Shown: piece after piece, positions 40,000 through 51,053 of the stretch | Numbering within the stretch: the stretch's first letter is position 1 | Layout: the number at the start of each line of letters is the position of its first letter | Assembly: GCA_951406725.2 (NCBI GenBank) | Contig: OX597817.1 | Location: 22,568,001 to 22,632,000, forward strand | Length of the DNA: 64,000 nucleotides | Direction of reading: 5' to 3' | DNA from: Octopus vulgaris | Lineage: Eukaryota | Program-made: the position numbers and the translations under genes | Notes under the pieces: model-generated | Databases searched by the model: none | The model's input: only the letters and a program-made list of their open reading frames with translations | What the model was told of the DNA's origin: nothing

Positions 40000-41670
40000 G
40001 TGAAATCACTTGTGATTCCGGAGTAAGCCGTTTGTTTGTTATAGGTTTCCTCGTGTGGGTGAACCTAGGATTTGTTAAATTTATTAAATTTGAAACTATT
40101 ATTTCTGTTTTCACCTGTTATTGTATTTGTTTTCTTACCCAGTTATGGGTGAAGTAGAGGAAAGAGGAGATATGGAAAATTAACCAACTGGAAGTTGCGC
40201 ATCAGTGACATGTAAAGGAATACTTGCCGACGCCTTGTAAATAAGTGAAAGGAAGGAAGTAAATTAATAAAAAGGGAAGGAGCCAGTTTGAGGCTGACTC
40301 CACCGCAAGAAGTGACGAACTTTGTGGCGAAGAGGACAATGGTGTACAGAACGTTATCAACGTCCTCTAAAAAGATAGAGGTTGCCCCAGTAGAGGCAAT
40401 GGAGTAGTGCTTGAAGGAAATAAAGAAGCTTACCACATTTTATACGCGTGGAAAGAAATATGGCAAAGTGGAAGTAAGGTATAGCAAAGAAGAAGACGCG
40501 ATAGATCACGCTACTGAGCCGATAAGAACAGGTGAATGGGTACTTCTGCCGACTTACTGTGGCAAAAGCGTCGCCATAGTAAGAATCGGCTGAGTACCCC
40601 CCGAGATTAATGAAGCAGGGCTGGTGGCAGCAATCATGCACAGAATGGAGGATGAAGTAAAATTCTTAAAGATTACGAGAACCAAAAATGTTAAATGGTG
40701 GGGGTATGGCCTCGAGATAGCCATACAAGTGAGCCTAAAAGACTTGCACGAAATTACAGAGGAGATCACTCTCCCAGAAAACGTCCGACTGAGAGTGGTG
40801 GTGGAAAGAAGACTACCAACATGTTCCTTATGTGGTCAAAAGGGGCACTTGAAAGGAAGGTGCGACCAGAAAGAAAACGAAGATGAGCAGAGCGGGGAAG
40901 AGCAGAGTGCCGAAGAGAGCAAGTGAGAGTGGAGGAATCATTCACTGATGTAAATGGGAGGAAGAGGAAAGAGCGGGTGACCTCTCCACCGGAGAGCCGG
41001 AAGATGATGAAGGAGATTGAGATGGAGAAGGAAAGGAACAGGTGCGAGAAACCAGCAGAGGCAACAATGGAAGGTGGATGGAAGCAGAAGAATCAGTACT
41101 ACACGATGTGAAGGACTTAGACGTTGAATCTTGTTGCGGTGGTCTAGGAGAGGAACCAAGTAGAACGACTCGCGAGGACAGCCCAGGTTTGTCGCTGAGG
41201 CAAGCGGATGTTGAAGACGGAAAAGACAAGTGGCGCATGGTCGCACATGCCAGGGGTGCGGCGGTCGAGCGGAGGATTGCGAAGTTTAAATCAGTCATGC
41301 GGGTGGGGTTGCCATCGGAGAGATATTCAGAGGAAGTCAAGGGAATAGTTATTGACAGGAATAGATGTGAGAAATTGAAGGAACTGTTCGGAAGTAGTGT
41401 GGATCCGTTGGAGTTAGAGGTCGAAATCGACGTGTTGCCACCGGTTGTGGAGTTTGAAGATTTGAAACACTTTATGAAATATTAAAGGGAGTAAATAAGT
41501 AAAAAAAATTTTTAAATAATAGAATCTGCCCCCACCCACCCCAAGATAAATAATAGAATTTTCCCGAAAGGGGGAAAAAAAGAAAAAAACCGTGTTAAAA
41601 GAAAAAAGACAGTGTAAGAAAGATTTGTTAATTTGTATAATTTATCTGTTAAATGGTACTGTTTGAAGGC
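40000..41670 (+). mobile_element. Decayed L1/Tx1-like ORF1 (gag-like, CX2CX4HX4C knuckle) with 3' UTR and no ORF2
   Basis: RLRVVVERRLPTCSLCGQKGHLKGRC within a frameshifted ORF of about 1.3 kb; followed by an A-rich UTR ending CTGTTAAATGGTACTG. Confidence 0.6.
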
Positions 41671-42477
41671 CACCGACATGCTTCCTATGCAGAAAAAAAG
41701 GGCATATGAAAGTAAGGTGCCCTGAGAAGGAAAACGAAGAGAAGAAGTAAAGTGAAGAAAAGAGAACCGAAGATGTAGTACCAGTAACAGAAGGATAGAG
41801 GAAGCATTCACAGTCGTAAATAGGAGGAAGAGAAAAGAACGGGTGAGCTCTCCTCCAGAGAGCCAAATAAGGTTGAAAGAGATTGAGTTGGAGGAAAAGA
41901 GATACAGGTGCGAGACACCAACAGAATTAATAATGGAAGAGGGCGCAGAGGAAGAAACAGCCTTATAACAGGATGTAGAAGGAGGCAGCGGTTATGATTT
42001 TGTTTATGATTTTGTTATACACCCGCACAGCCCAGGTCTGGAGCCGAAGCAAGCGGAGGTGAAAAGGAAAAATTACAAGTGACATATGGCCACGTATAGC
42101 AATAGAGAAAAAATATCATAAGTATAAATCAGTAATAAGAGTAAGGCTGCTCCCAGAAAAATACTCGGAAAAGACTAAAGGAATCATCATAGATAAAGTG
42201 AGATTTGAAAAATTGAGAGTACTGCTTGGAAGCAGCATAGACCCATTGGGGGTTGAAATCGAATTTGACGAACCAGTCGTGGATTTCGAAAATCTAAAAC
42301 CATTAATGAACGTTTAAAAAATGTAAGGAAGTAAAATTTGTTATTAAAAATGAGGAAAAATAGACTGTTAAAAAGTTTTGAAAGAAAGAAAAATAGAATG
42401 ATACAAAAACAAAAAATAAGTGTAAGAACAATTATCTAATTGTAGAAATTAACACTGTTAAATGGTACTGCTTGAGG
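41671..42477 (+). mobile_element. Second, 5'-truncated and diverged copy of the ORF1-like element
   Basis: Starts at the knuckle (PTCFLCRKKGHMKVRCP); shares RRKRKERVSSPPES and the same terminal CTGTTAAATGGTACTG as 40815-41670. Confidence 0.65.
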
Positions 42478-43412
42478 CTACATATAGATTTTGCTGGACC
42501 GGTAAACGGCGCGTATTATCTGATCATTATAGATGGCTATACCAAGTACCCGGAGATATGTAAATGCAGTCAGCCAACCTCGAAGGTAACAACAAGCTTC
42601 TTTCACGAACATTTTACGCAATAGGTGTCCCAGACACTACAGTATCGGACAGATAACGGAACGCAGTTTTCGGGGTAGGCTTTTAAAAATTTCTGTGAGA
42701 GATATGCAATCAATCATATTTCTACCCCACCGTACCATCCGCGATCAAATGGGAAAGTGGAAAAGTTCGTTGACATATTTTAGCGAGCAGTAAAAGAATC
42801 AGGAAATTAATTCGGCAATGATGCAGCACTATCTCAGTTCATAAGTATTTACAGGGTAACACCTAATCCGAACACCTGTTCAGGCAAGTCACCTGCAAAG
42901 CTAATATTTGTCTGGAAAATAAAATTAATTTTTGATAAATTTTACTTGCAAAAATTCTTATAGGGAAAAACCCAAGAAAAACAACAAAGTGTTTTAATGT
43001 GGGAGATAAAAAGTTCATTTCAAAATAAATAAGAATGGTAGACAAGGTTAGGAGGACGGTATAGAGACGAAAAGAATTGGCAGTATGGTGTGCATAATAA
43101 AAGGTCAAATAGGCGAGCATAAATGACATTTGAACCAGTTGAAGACTAGACATACCGAAGAAAGAGAAGAAATACTGATGGAAGTCTGTTATGATTAGTT
43201 CGATGTTCTAATGCCAAAAGAGGTTGGACCTTGGTGGATCAGCAATCGAAAACATAAAGAAACAGAACGACTAGAAATAGTCCCTAAGCGAAAGAAGTAT
43301 TAAAACTTCAGAGGAAATTAAAATCTCATAAAAGGTGGTGATAAAAAAATATAGAATAAAATCTAATGAACAATTTGTACGTCCTATAGAAGTCAAATCT
43401 CAAAAGGGGAGA
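42478..43412 (+). mobile_element. Ty3/Gypsy integrase fragment plus polypurine tract
   Basis: LHIDFAGPVNGAYYLIIIDGYTKYPE...GVPDT.VS.DNGTQFS..FKNFC...I.H..TPPYHPRSNG.VEKFV (rve DDE core, decayed); PPT AAAAGGGGAGA at 43402-43412. Confidence 0.88.
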
Positions 43413-43717
43413 TGATACGGCGAGAATAATGACACCCACTGTGAGAATGGACTAGCCGAATGTTTTGACTGAGAGCGAGGGGTGAAAATCGCAGGAAGTC
43501 GAAAGGTGTCGTGCATGAGTGTATGGAGTCGCAGGAAATTGCTGAAAAGTTTTTATAGTTCGTTGAGAGTTGTTTTGTATTGGTTAGATTTGTTTCCAGA
43601 GTATATGGGAATACATCAAGTGGAGACGGTTGGTGTCTACCCCGTTCCGAGGTATTGTATATCACACTGTTATTAGTGCACGACACTAGGTTGACACATA
43701 CAGAAACCACGTTATCA
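43413..43717 (+). mobile_element. 3' LTR of the Gypsy relic
   Basis: Begins TGATA immediately after the PPT and ends TATCA (inverted termini); its 5' part is repeated at 39894. Confidence 0.7.
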
Positions 43718-44659
43718 AAAGAAGTCGAGCTCAGTTATTGGATGCTTTTCCACTTACCTTTGCTCAGTCGGAGCACACCTGAGTCAAGCAAAAATAATAA
43801 CGTTCTGCACTTCGTATAGGTCAAGTTGTTAACAGAACCACCTGTAAGGAAAAATACAATCATTAAAAAAATAAAGTGCATAAACATCTCCTGTGACATT
43901 TAAATTAGAAAATGCAGTGAAGCATCCAGTGTTAGCTTGGATCATTGTCTAAGCTCAAATATACAAGAAGAGAAATATTTATAATGCCATGAGCTCTTAA
44001 CTCTTTGATGAATTTGAAATTGCACCATTGTGCTATACTGCGTGCGTTGGTCATTTACGACATGGAGGAGCTCATCCCCTTCCAGGGTTGGCCATGGCTG
44101 ATTTCTTGCAGAAATAATGAATTAAAGACACTGACAAAAAGCAAAGAAGAGAGAAGGAAGAAAAGCAAATCAGTGCAAATCTGAGACTTTAATTATCAAT
44201 CCAGAAAGGATGATAGGTAAACTTGATGACAATGTGAGCTGAGTTCGAAAGATTTCGGCAAAGCAATCAATTCAACGCTCTAAAGATTCAGCCAGCTTAC
44301 TACCAAATATTAATACTATACAGTATAATATACAATGTTATGCAATACTAAACAAGGATATATACAATGATATAAGTAAAAATTTCAAAAGTATCAAGAA
44401 GGTAATCTTGTTTGAAAAATGACCACCGGGCCACTTTAAAAAGGATTTGGTTTGCACACATAGTGCTAGCAGTCACACTGGTCCCCGATAGATCGCGGGA
44501 TTGACGGCATTCTTTACCAACTGAAGCTTGACGGTAACAGGAGAGAAAAATTCCAGATTATTAACACATAAGTAAGTAAGCACGTTGGTGACGGACCTAG
44601 GAGTGGAAGATAAATGAGTGAGTTGTCTGGATAATATTTTCAAATTATGATAAAAGATC

Positions 44660-44845
44660 AGCAATTCTGGAGGAGTGGGTGGATCAATTACATCGCCTCC
44701 ATTCAACTGGTACTTATTTCATCGAACCCGAAAAATTGAAAGTTAAACTCGACCATGGCAGAACTTGAATTCTGAACATAAACACGGACGAAATGCCGCT
44801 AAGCATTTGGCTGTCGTGCTAACGGTTCTGCCATCTCCACTCCCT
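44660..44845 (-). mobile_element. SINE family A, degraded
   Basis: CAACTGGTACTTATTTCATCGAACCCGAAA...GACGAAATGCCGCTAAGCATT...GCTAACGGTTCTGCCA. Confidence 0.75.
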
Positions 44846-45379
44846 TTATTGTCTGAATAATACTGATAGCCGAAGATCATCAATGCGGCCTGCTATGGTG
44901 AATTTGATAAGTCGTTTTCGATCAAAGAGACGCTATTTAGCGCTCCAAAACATTAAGTTTGACTAAAATTGCAATTCAGACACTGGCAAATACGTTGCTT
45001 AAATCATAAAATTGTTTTCAGCATATTTCTTGGTGGTGAATTCTGCTAGTGAGTGACATAGATGCACACGTACCCAATAGGTCTGGCTTTGTGAAAGCTA
45101 TATTAGTGGACATTAAAAAAATGTGATGTCTCAAGGTCTTCGAGCAGGCGATTGTTAAAATTGTCGCCTTCATGCTTGTGATACTGGAAATGAGAGCAGA
45201 AGTAATTTTATAGAGGTGTCAGATGGGTTGAATTCTGAAGGTACACACTCACATGTTTTCAAAATTCTGAATAAATTCTGGAAATACAATGAAAGTGTGT
45301 GCGCGCGCGCACGCGCGTGTTAGAGAGACATAGAGGGGGGAAATAGAGAGTGAGAGAGCGAGGGAGAGAGAAATCACTA

Positions 45380-46260
45380 AAAAAGATCCTCACAAAGGCA
45401 CAATTACTTTCTAAAATAACGGACGCAAAACTGAAAAAATATAGTCGACCAAATTGCGCAACATGGCCAAAATTCTAGAAGGATCAGCATTCCTTTTCAA
45501 AGAGAGACAAAAATTCAAAATGAAATCTGACTTCACTTGTGCCTCAGAAAACCTGAGTTATGTTATAAGATGCTCGGGCTGCCAAAAAACTACATGGTGT
45601 CCACGGAATTATCATTCAGACGCAGAAGCACTCTGCACCGACAGCAGAATGCATTCCCAGAATACAGAATGATACCCTTTAGTGAACACATTGAGAAATG
45701 CGCAAAGCAACAGCTACTACAATTTGCAATCTTTCCATTACATCAATGTGCTATTGGAACACCAACACAAGTTAGATTAAATAAGCAAACCTACTTCATT
45801 GAAAAATATAGGCCAAAACTTAACCATTTCTAGCATTTTTAAATGAGGAAACTTACCTCATTGAAAAAATATAAAGCAAAACTTAACCACTTCTAAAATT
45901 CTATTCATTCTAAAACAAATCATGTTAAATTAATAAAACCTAGTCATTTTCAACATTTTTACTTATCTCCCTTAAACCGAAAAATTCCCTGATTAACTTT
46001 CCCAGTCTGGAATCCTCATACTTCACATCGTAGCGAAGAGATAACACAACATCTGTAAAGAAATTTAAGAAATTCGAAAAGAAAATACGAAACCAGTTAT
46101 TTCTCCCAAAACATTGTTGCTATACACAAGCTTTAATATTTTTCTAACATAATGATTTAAATATATTCTGTAGCGATATAACAAAAGTCTTCTGTAGTTT
46201 TTCACCGTGTTGTCTTTTATACATCCAACGACGTGCTTTCAATACCAACTCTGTCACCTA
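45380..46260 (+). mobile_element. Penelope-like element: GIY-YIG endonuclease fragment and 3' region
   Basis: FTCASENLSYVIRCSGCQKNYMVSTELSFRRRSTLHRQQ...PFSEHIEKCAK...IFPLHQC...YFIEKYRPKLN is a decayed NLIY..C..C...YIG.T....R...H motif of PLE endonucleases; hammerhead-like motif at 46068-46104. Confidence 0.82.
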
Positions 46261-46282
46261 TATGTATGTATATATATATATT

Positions 46283-46484
46283 CTTTTATTCTTTTACTTG
46301 TTTCAGTTATCTGAGTGCGGCCATGCTGGAGCACCGCCTTTAGTCAAACAAATCGATCTAAGGACTAATTCTATCGGAGTCTTTTTGCCGAACCGATAAG
46401 TTACGGAGACGTAAACAAACCAACGGTTGTCAAGCGACGGTAAGGAGGATGACAAACACAGATACAAATAGCAAATACGTACAT

Positions 46485-46530
<46 letters not shown>

Positions 46531-46708
46531 ATATGTATATATATATGCGACGGAATCCTTTCAGTTTCCGTCTACCAAATCCACTCACATGACTTTAGTC
46601 GGCCCAAGACTATATTAGAAGACAAAAGACCAAAGTGCCATGCAGTGAACACTGAACCCGGAAGCATGTGATCGGGAAGCAAGCTTCTTACCACACAACC
46701 ACTCCTGC
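46283..46708 (-). mobile_element. SINE family C
   Basis: Reverse complement of the 4528-4937 organisation. Confidence 0.85.
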
Positions 46709-46747
46709 TCTCTCTCTCTCTCTGTATATATATATATATATATATAC

Positions 46748-46806
<59 letters not shown>

Positions 46807-46847
46807 GATAGTGGGGGGAAAGAGAGAGAAAATAGAAGTTGAATATG

Positions 46848-47262
46848 CACTGAGAATAGTTAAAATCTTAAAATTATATCTAACGATTTAACCGGTTTCC
46901 CAGTTTACACTGATTTTTAAAAGAAGTTGAGCTAGAAAGACGTGGGTTATGTCGCATTTCTCTTCTGACTAGTACTTGATGCTTGTTCTATCTTTATAGG
47001 GAGAGCATAGTTGAAAATAGTATATGTTTTGGATAGGACTTGATTTACAGAGGATAGTCACATGACTGGTCATTGAAATTTTTGTAGGGTCCCCGCTACG
47101 TCTGTGTGTTAAATTCAAGGATAAGCTTCAAACACTAGTTAGAAGCAAGACGCCTGCGACATAAACCACGTCTTCCTATCTCAACTTTTGAAAATCAGTG
47201 TAAACTGTGAAACCGGTTAGATCTTTAAGTATGATAAAAGCAGTTTTAATTATTCTCAGTAC
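46848..47262. mobile_element. Non-coding fold-back element (inverted Penelope pLTR-like arms) with a hammerhead-like motif in each arm
   Basis: The outer ~140 bp of each side are reverse complements; same family as 61045-61560. Confidence 0.75.
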
Positions 47263-47323
47263 ATTTTCAAGTACTTTTGCTATATTTCTACCTGTGTGGA
47301 ATAAAATAACTTAATTATATACT

Positions 47324-47383
<60 letters not shown>

Positions 47384-47539
47384 AGATAATGGTGTCATTG
47401 AGACCCAAAGGTATCAGGTAATGCTGAATAAGTGCTATAGACAGACCGTAAATATCCTAGAAACAGCTGTAAGGCCTTCTATCTATAAATGCCTTGTATA
47501 TTTTATCTTATTACGCAAGACATTTTTAAATACATATAT

Positions 47540-47706
47540 TGGCGCTGGATTGGCTGTGTGGTAAGTATCCTGCTTACCAACCACATGGTTTCGAGTTCAG
47601 TCCCACTGCGTGCCACCTTAGGCAAGTTTCGTCTACTATATCTTCGGGCCAACCAAAGACTTGTGAGTGGATTTGATTTGGTAGAGTGAAACTGAAAGAA
47701 GCCCGT

Positions 47707-47761
<55 letters not shown>

Positions 47762-47965
47762 TTGTGTTTGCCGCCCCCGCCAACATTGCTTGACAACCGA
47801 TGCTGGTATGTTTACGTCCCCGTAACTTAGCGGTTCAGCAAAAAGTGATCGATAGAATAAGTACTCAGTTTCCAAAGAATAAGTCCGGGGTCGATTTGCT
47901 CGACTAAAGGCGGTGCTCCAGCATGGCTGCAGTCAAATGACTGAAACCAGTAAAAGAGTAAAAGA
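47540..47965 (+). mobile_element. SINE family C
   Basis: Aligns with 4528-4937. Confidence 0.88.
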
Positions 47966-47979
47966 GTATATACATGCAT

Positions 47980-48023
<44 letters not shown>

Positions 48024-48319
48024 ACACACACACACACACACACACATTTATGTAGAGTCAATTTTCTACGATGCTGAACGTCTTAGCAATGGTGTTGTTT
48101 TTGTTAAATGTTTATTTTATGGATAGTCGTAATCATTAAATATATTCTAATAACCGTCCACTTTGCCAATGATGTGCTTTAGCTTAGGATGTCTACAGTT
48201 CTAAATGTTCGCAGCGTGTCCTTGTTTATTTATCTCATCGATTTCTTCACTTCAGGAAATTACTTGATATTGGTCATTCTTACACAACCTGCTCCTATTC
48301 CTTCTTCCATGTCCTCACT

Positions 48320-49515
48320 TCTTCTTCATCGTCACCGTCTTCTTCTTCTTCTTCTTCTTCTTCTTCTTCTTCTTCTTCTTCTTCTTCTTCTTCTTCTTCT
48401 TCTTCTTCTTCTTCTTCTTTTTCTCCTTCTTCTTCTTCTTCTTCTTCTTCTTCTTCTTCTTCTTCTTCGTCTTCTTCTTCTTCTTCTTCTTCTTCTTCTT
48501 CTTCTCCTTTTTCTTCTTCTTCTTCTTCGTCTTCTTCTTCTCCTTCTTCTTCTTCGTCTTCTTCTTCTCCTTTCTTCTTCTTCTCTTCTCCTTTCTTCTT
48601 CTTCTTCTTCTTCTTATTCTTCTTCTTCGTCGTCTTCTTCTTCTTCTTCTTCTTCTTCTTCTCCGTTTTCTTCTTCTTCTTCTTCTTCGTCTTCTTCTTC
48701 TTCTTCTTCTTCTTCTTCTTCTTCTTTTTCTCCTTTTTCTTCTTCTTCTTCTTCTTCTTCTTCTTTTTCTCCTTTTTCTTCTTCTTCTTCTTCTTCTTCT
48801 TCTTCGTCTTCTTCTTCTTCTTCTTCTTCTTCTTCTTCTTCTTCTTCCTTTTCTTCTTCTTCTTCTTCTTCTTCTTCTTCTTCTTCGTCTTCTTCTTCTT
48901 CTTCTTCTTCTTCTTCTTCTTTTTCTCCTTCTTCTTCTTCTTCTTCTTCTTCTTCTTCTTCTTCTTCTTCGTCTTCTTCTTCTTCTTCTTCTTCTTCTTC
49001 TTCTTCTTTTTCTCCTTTTTCTTCTTCTTCTTCTTCGTCTTCTTCTTCTCCTTCTTCTTCTTCGTCTTCTTCTTCTCCTTTCTTCTTCTTCTCTTCTCCT
49101 TTCTTCTTCTTCTTCTTCTTCTTCTTATTCTTCTTCTTCGTCGTCTTCTTCTTCTTCTTCTTCTTCTTCTCCGTTTTCTTCTTCTTCTTCTTCTTCGTCT
49201 TCTTCTTCTTCTTCTTCTTCTTCTTCTTTTTCTCCTTTTTCTTCTTCTTCTTCTTCTTCTTCTTCTTTTTCTCCTTTTTCTTCTTCTTCTTCTTCTTCTT
49301 CTTCTTCTTCTTCGTCTTCTTCTTCTTCTTCTTCTTCTTCTTCTTCTTCTTCTTCTTCCTTTTCTCCTTCTTCTTCTTCGTCTTCTTCTTCTTCTTCTTC
49401 GTCTTCTTCTTCTTTTTCTTCTTTTTCTTCTTCTTCTTCTTCTTCTTCGTCTTCTTCTTCTTCTTCTTCTTCTTCTTCTTCTTCTTCTTCTTCTTCTTCT
49501 TCTTCTTCTTCTTCC
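48320..49515. repeat. About 1.2 kb (CTT)n pyrimidine tract with higher-order duplication
   Basis: Directly visible; source of the 444-aa poly-L/S/F pseudo-ORF. Confidence 0.97.
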
Positions 49516-49574
49516 AGTTATAATAACTGTTCCAGGTAATATAAGCGTCAGTATTAATCTTTATTAGAGGTGGT

Positions 49575-49812
49575 AATGCGACAAGCTGACAGAATCGTCA
49601 ACACGCCAGATCAGATTCTTACCGGCATTTCTTTTGGCTTTTATATTCTGAGTTCAAATTCTGACAAGGTTGCTTTCTCCTTTCATCCTTCTTAAATAAA
49701 TACTAGTTGAGCTCTGAGGTCAGCTGAGTACTAAGGCCAATATAATTGTCCAGCTGCCCTTCCAACGGAAAATGCCTATAGCTTGTAGGATTATTGTGCC
49801 TATAGTTGAAAG
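49575..49812 (+). mobile_element. SINE family A, degraded
   Basis: AAGCTGACAGAATCGTCAACACGCC...TTCTGAGTTCAAATTC...CCTTTCATCCTT. Confidence 0.65.
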
Positions 49813-50074
49813 GAGGTACAGTGCAGTAGAAAAATCAACGAATCGCTAGGTTAACTGAGATTTGTGGTATTTAGTTATATTCTTTAGGTGCTGAGTTGAA
49901 ATCAAGCTAGGTGTCGTCTTTCCTTTTTATATTAGTCCAAGTTCATGACATAAATATCAGTGTAATACTGATGTCTAATTCCATTTTCCTCCAGAACCAT
50001 CCTATCAAAATCTATGGCGTTGTGCCAATGTTCAGAACTACCATTACCGCAGTTAATATTTATACTACACAGGT

Positions 50075-50600
50075 CAGGTGTAGGATGTGTGGTATCAAAT
50101 CTTTTTCACAACCGCATGGTTCTGGGTTCAGTGACATCCATTATAGTCTCGGCCCGACTAAAGCCTTGTGCCCGTATTTAGTAGATAGATATTGAAAGAA
50201 GCCCATTAAATATATGCACATACACACGCATACACACATGCACTAGCATACACACACATATGTTATGTATATCTATATGTTTATCTATCTATCTATCTAT
50301 CTATCTAAGATTTGGTTTACCTGTGCGTGTGTGTGTGTGTGTGTGTGCGTGTATGTGTGCGTGCGTGCGTGTGTGAGCGTGTGGGTGTTTGTCTCTGTGC
50401 TTCTGTTTGTCTCCACCACCACTTGACTTTCGCCGTTGGTTTGTTTACTTGCTCATAAGTTAGCAGTTCGGCAAAAGACACAGACAGAATAAGCACCAGG
50501 CTTAAAGATAATCGGTAATGGGGGCGATGCATGAGACAAAACCCTTCAAGTCGGTGCCCCAGCTTCACCGTACGCTAATGACTAAACAAGTAAATGGTAA
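50075..50600 (+). mobile_element. SINE family C, degraded
   Basis: CATGGTTCTGGGTTCAGT...GACTAAAGCCTTGTG...TTAGCAGTTCGGCAAAAGA...GGTGCCCCAGC...AATGACTAAACAAGTAAA. Confidence 0.7.
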
Positions 50601-50640
50601 ACGCATAATAATAGATCACTTAGAATTATACTGTTACTAA

Positions 50641-51053
50641 GACAGCGAGTTGGCACAAACGTTAGCACGCCTGACGAAATGCTTAGCAGTGTTTCGTCTG
50701 CCGTTACGTTCTGAGTTCAAATTCCGCCGAGGTCAACTTTGCCTTTCATCCTTTCGGAGTCGATAAATTATGTACCAGCTGCGCACTGAGGTTGATGTAA
50801 TCGACTTAATCCCTTTGTCTGACATTGTTTGTCCTCTCTATGTTTAGCCCCTTGTAGGCAATAAAGAAATAAGAAACGTTAGCACGCCTAGCGAAACGGT
50901 CAGCGGTATTTCGTCTGAGTTCAAATTCCGCTGAGGTCGACTCTGCCTTTCATCCCTTCGGGGTCAATAAATTAAGTATCAGGTGCGTAATGGAGTCGAT
51001 CTAATTGACTTCCCCCTCCCCCCAAATTTCGGCCATTTTGCCTAGAGTAGAAA
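50641..51053 (+). mobile_element. Tandem pair of family A SINEs with two tail variants
   Basis: The first unit (50641-50871) matches the 8091 type; the second (50872-51053) restarts at GAAACGTTAGCACGCC and ends with the 5728-type tail. Confidence 0.85.

Noticed and set aside
48189-49523. 444-aa ORF, the longest in the window
   Set aside because: Translation of the (CTT)n tract into poly-L/S/F; no coding evidence.
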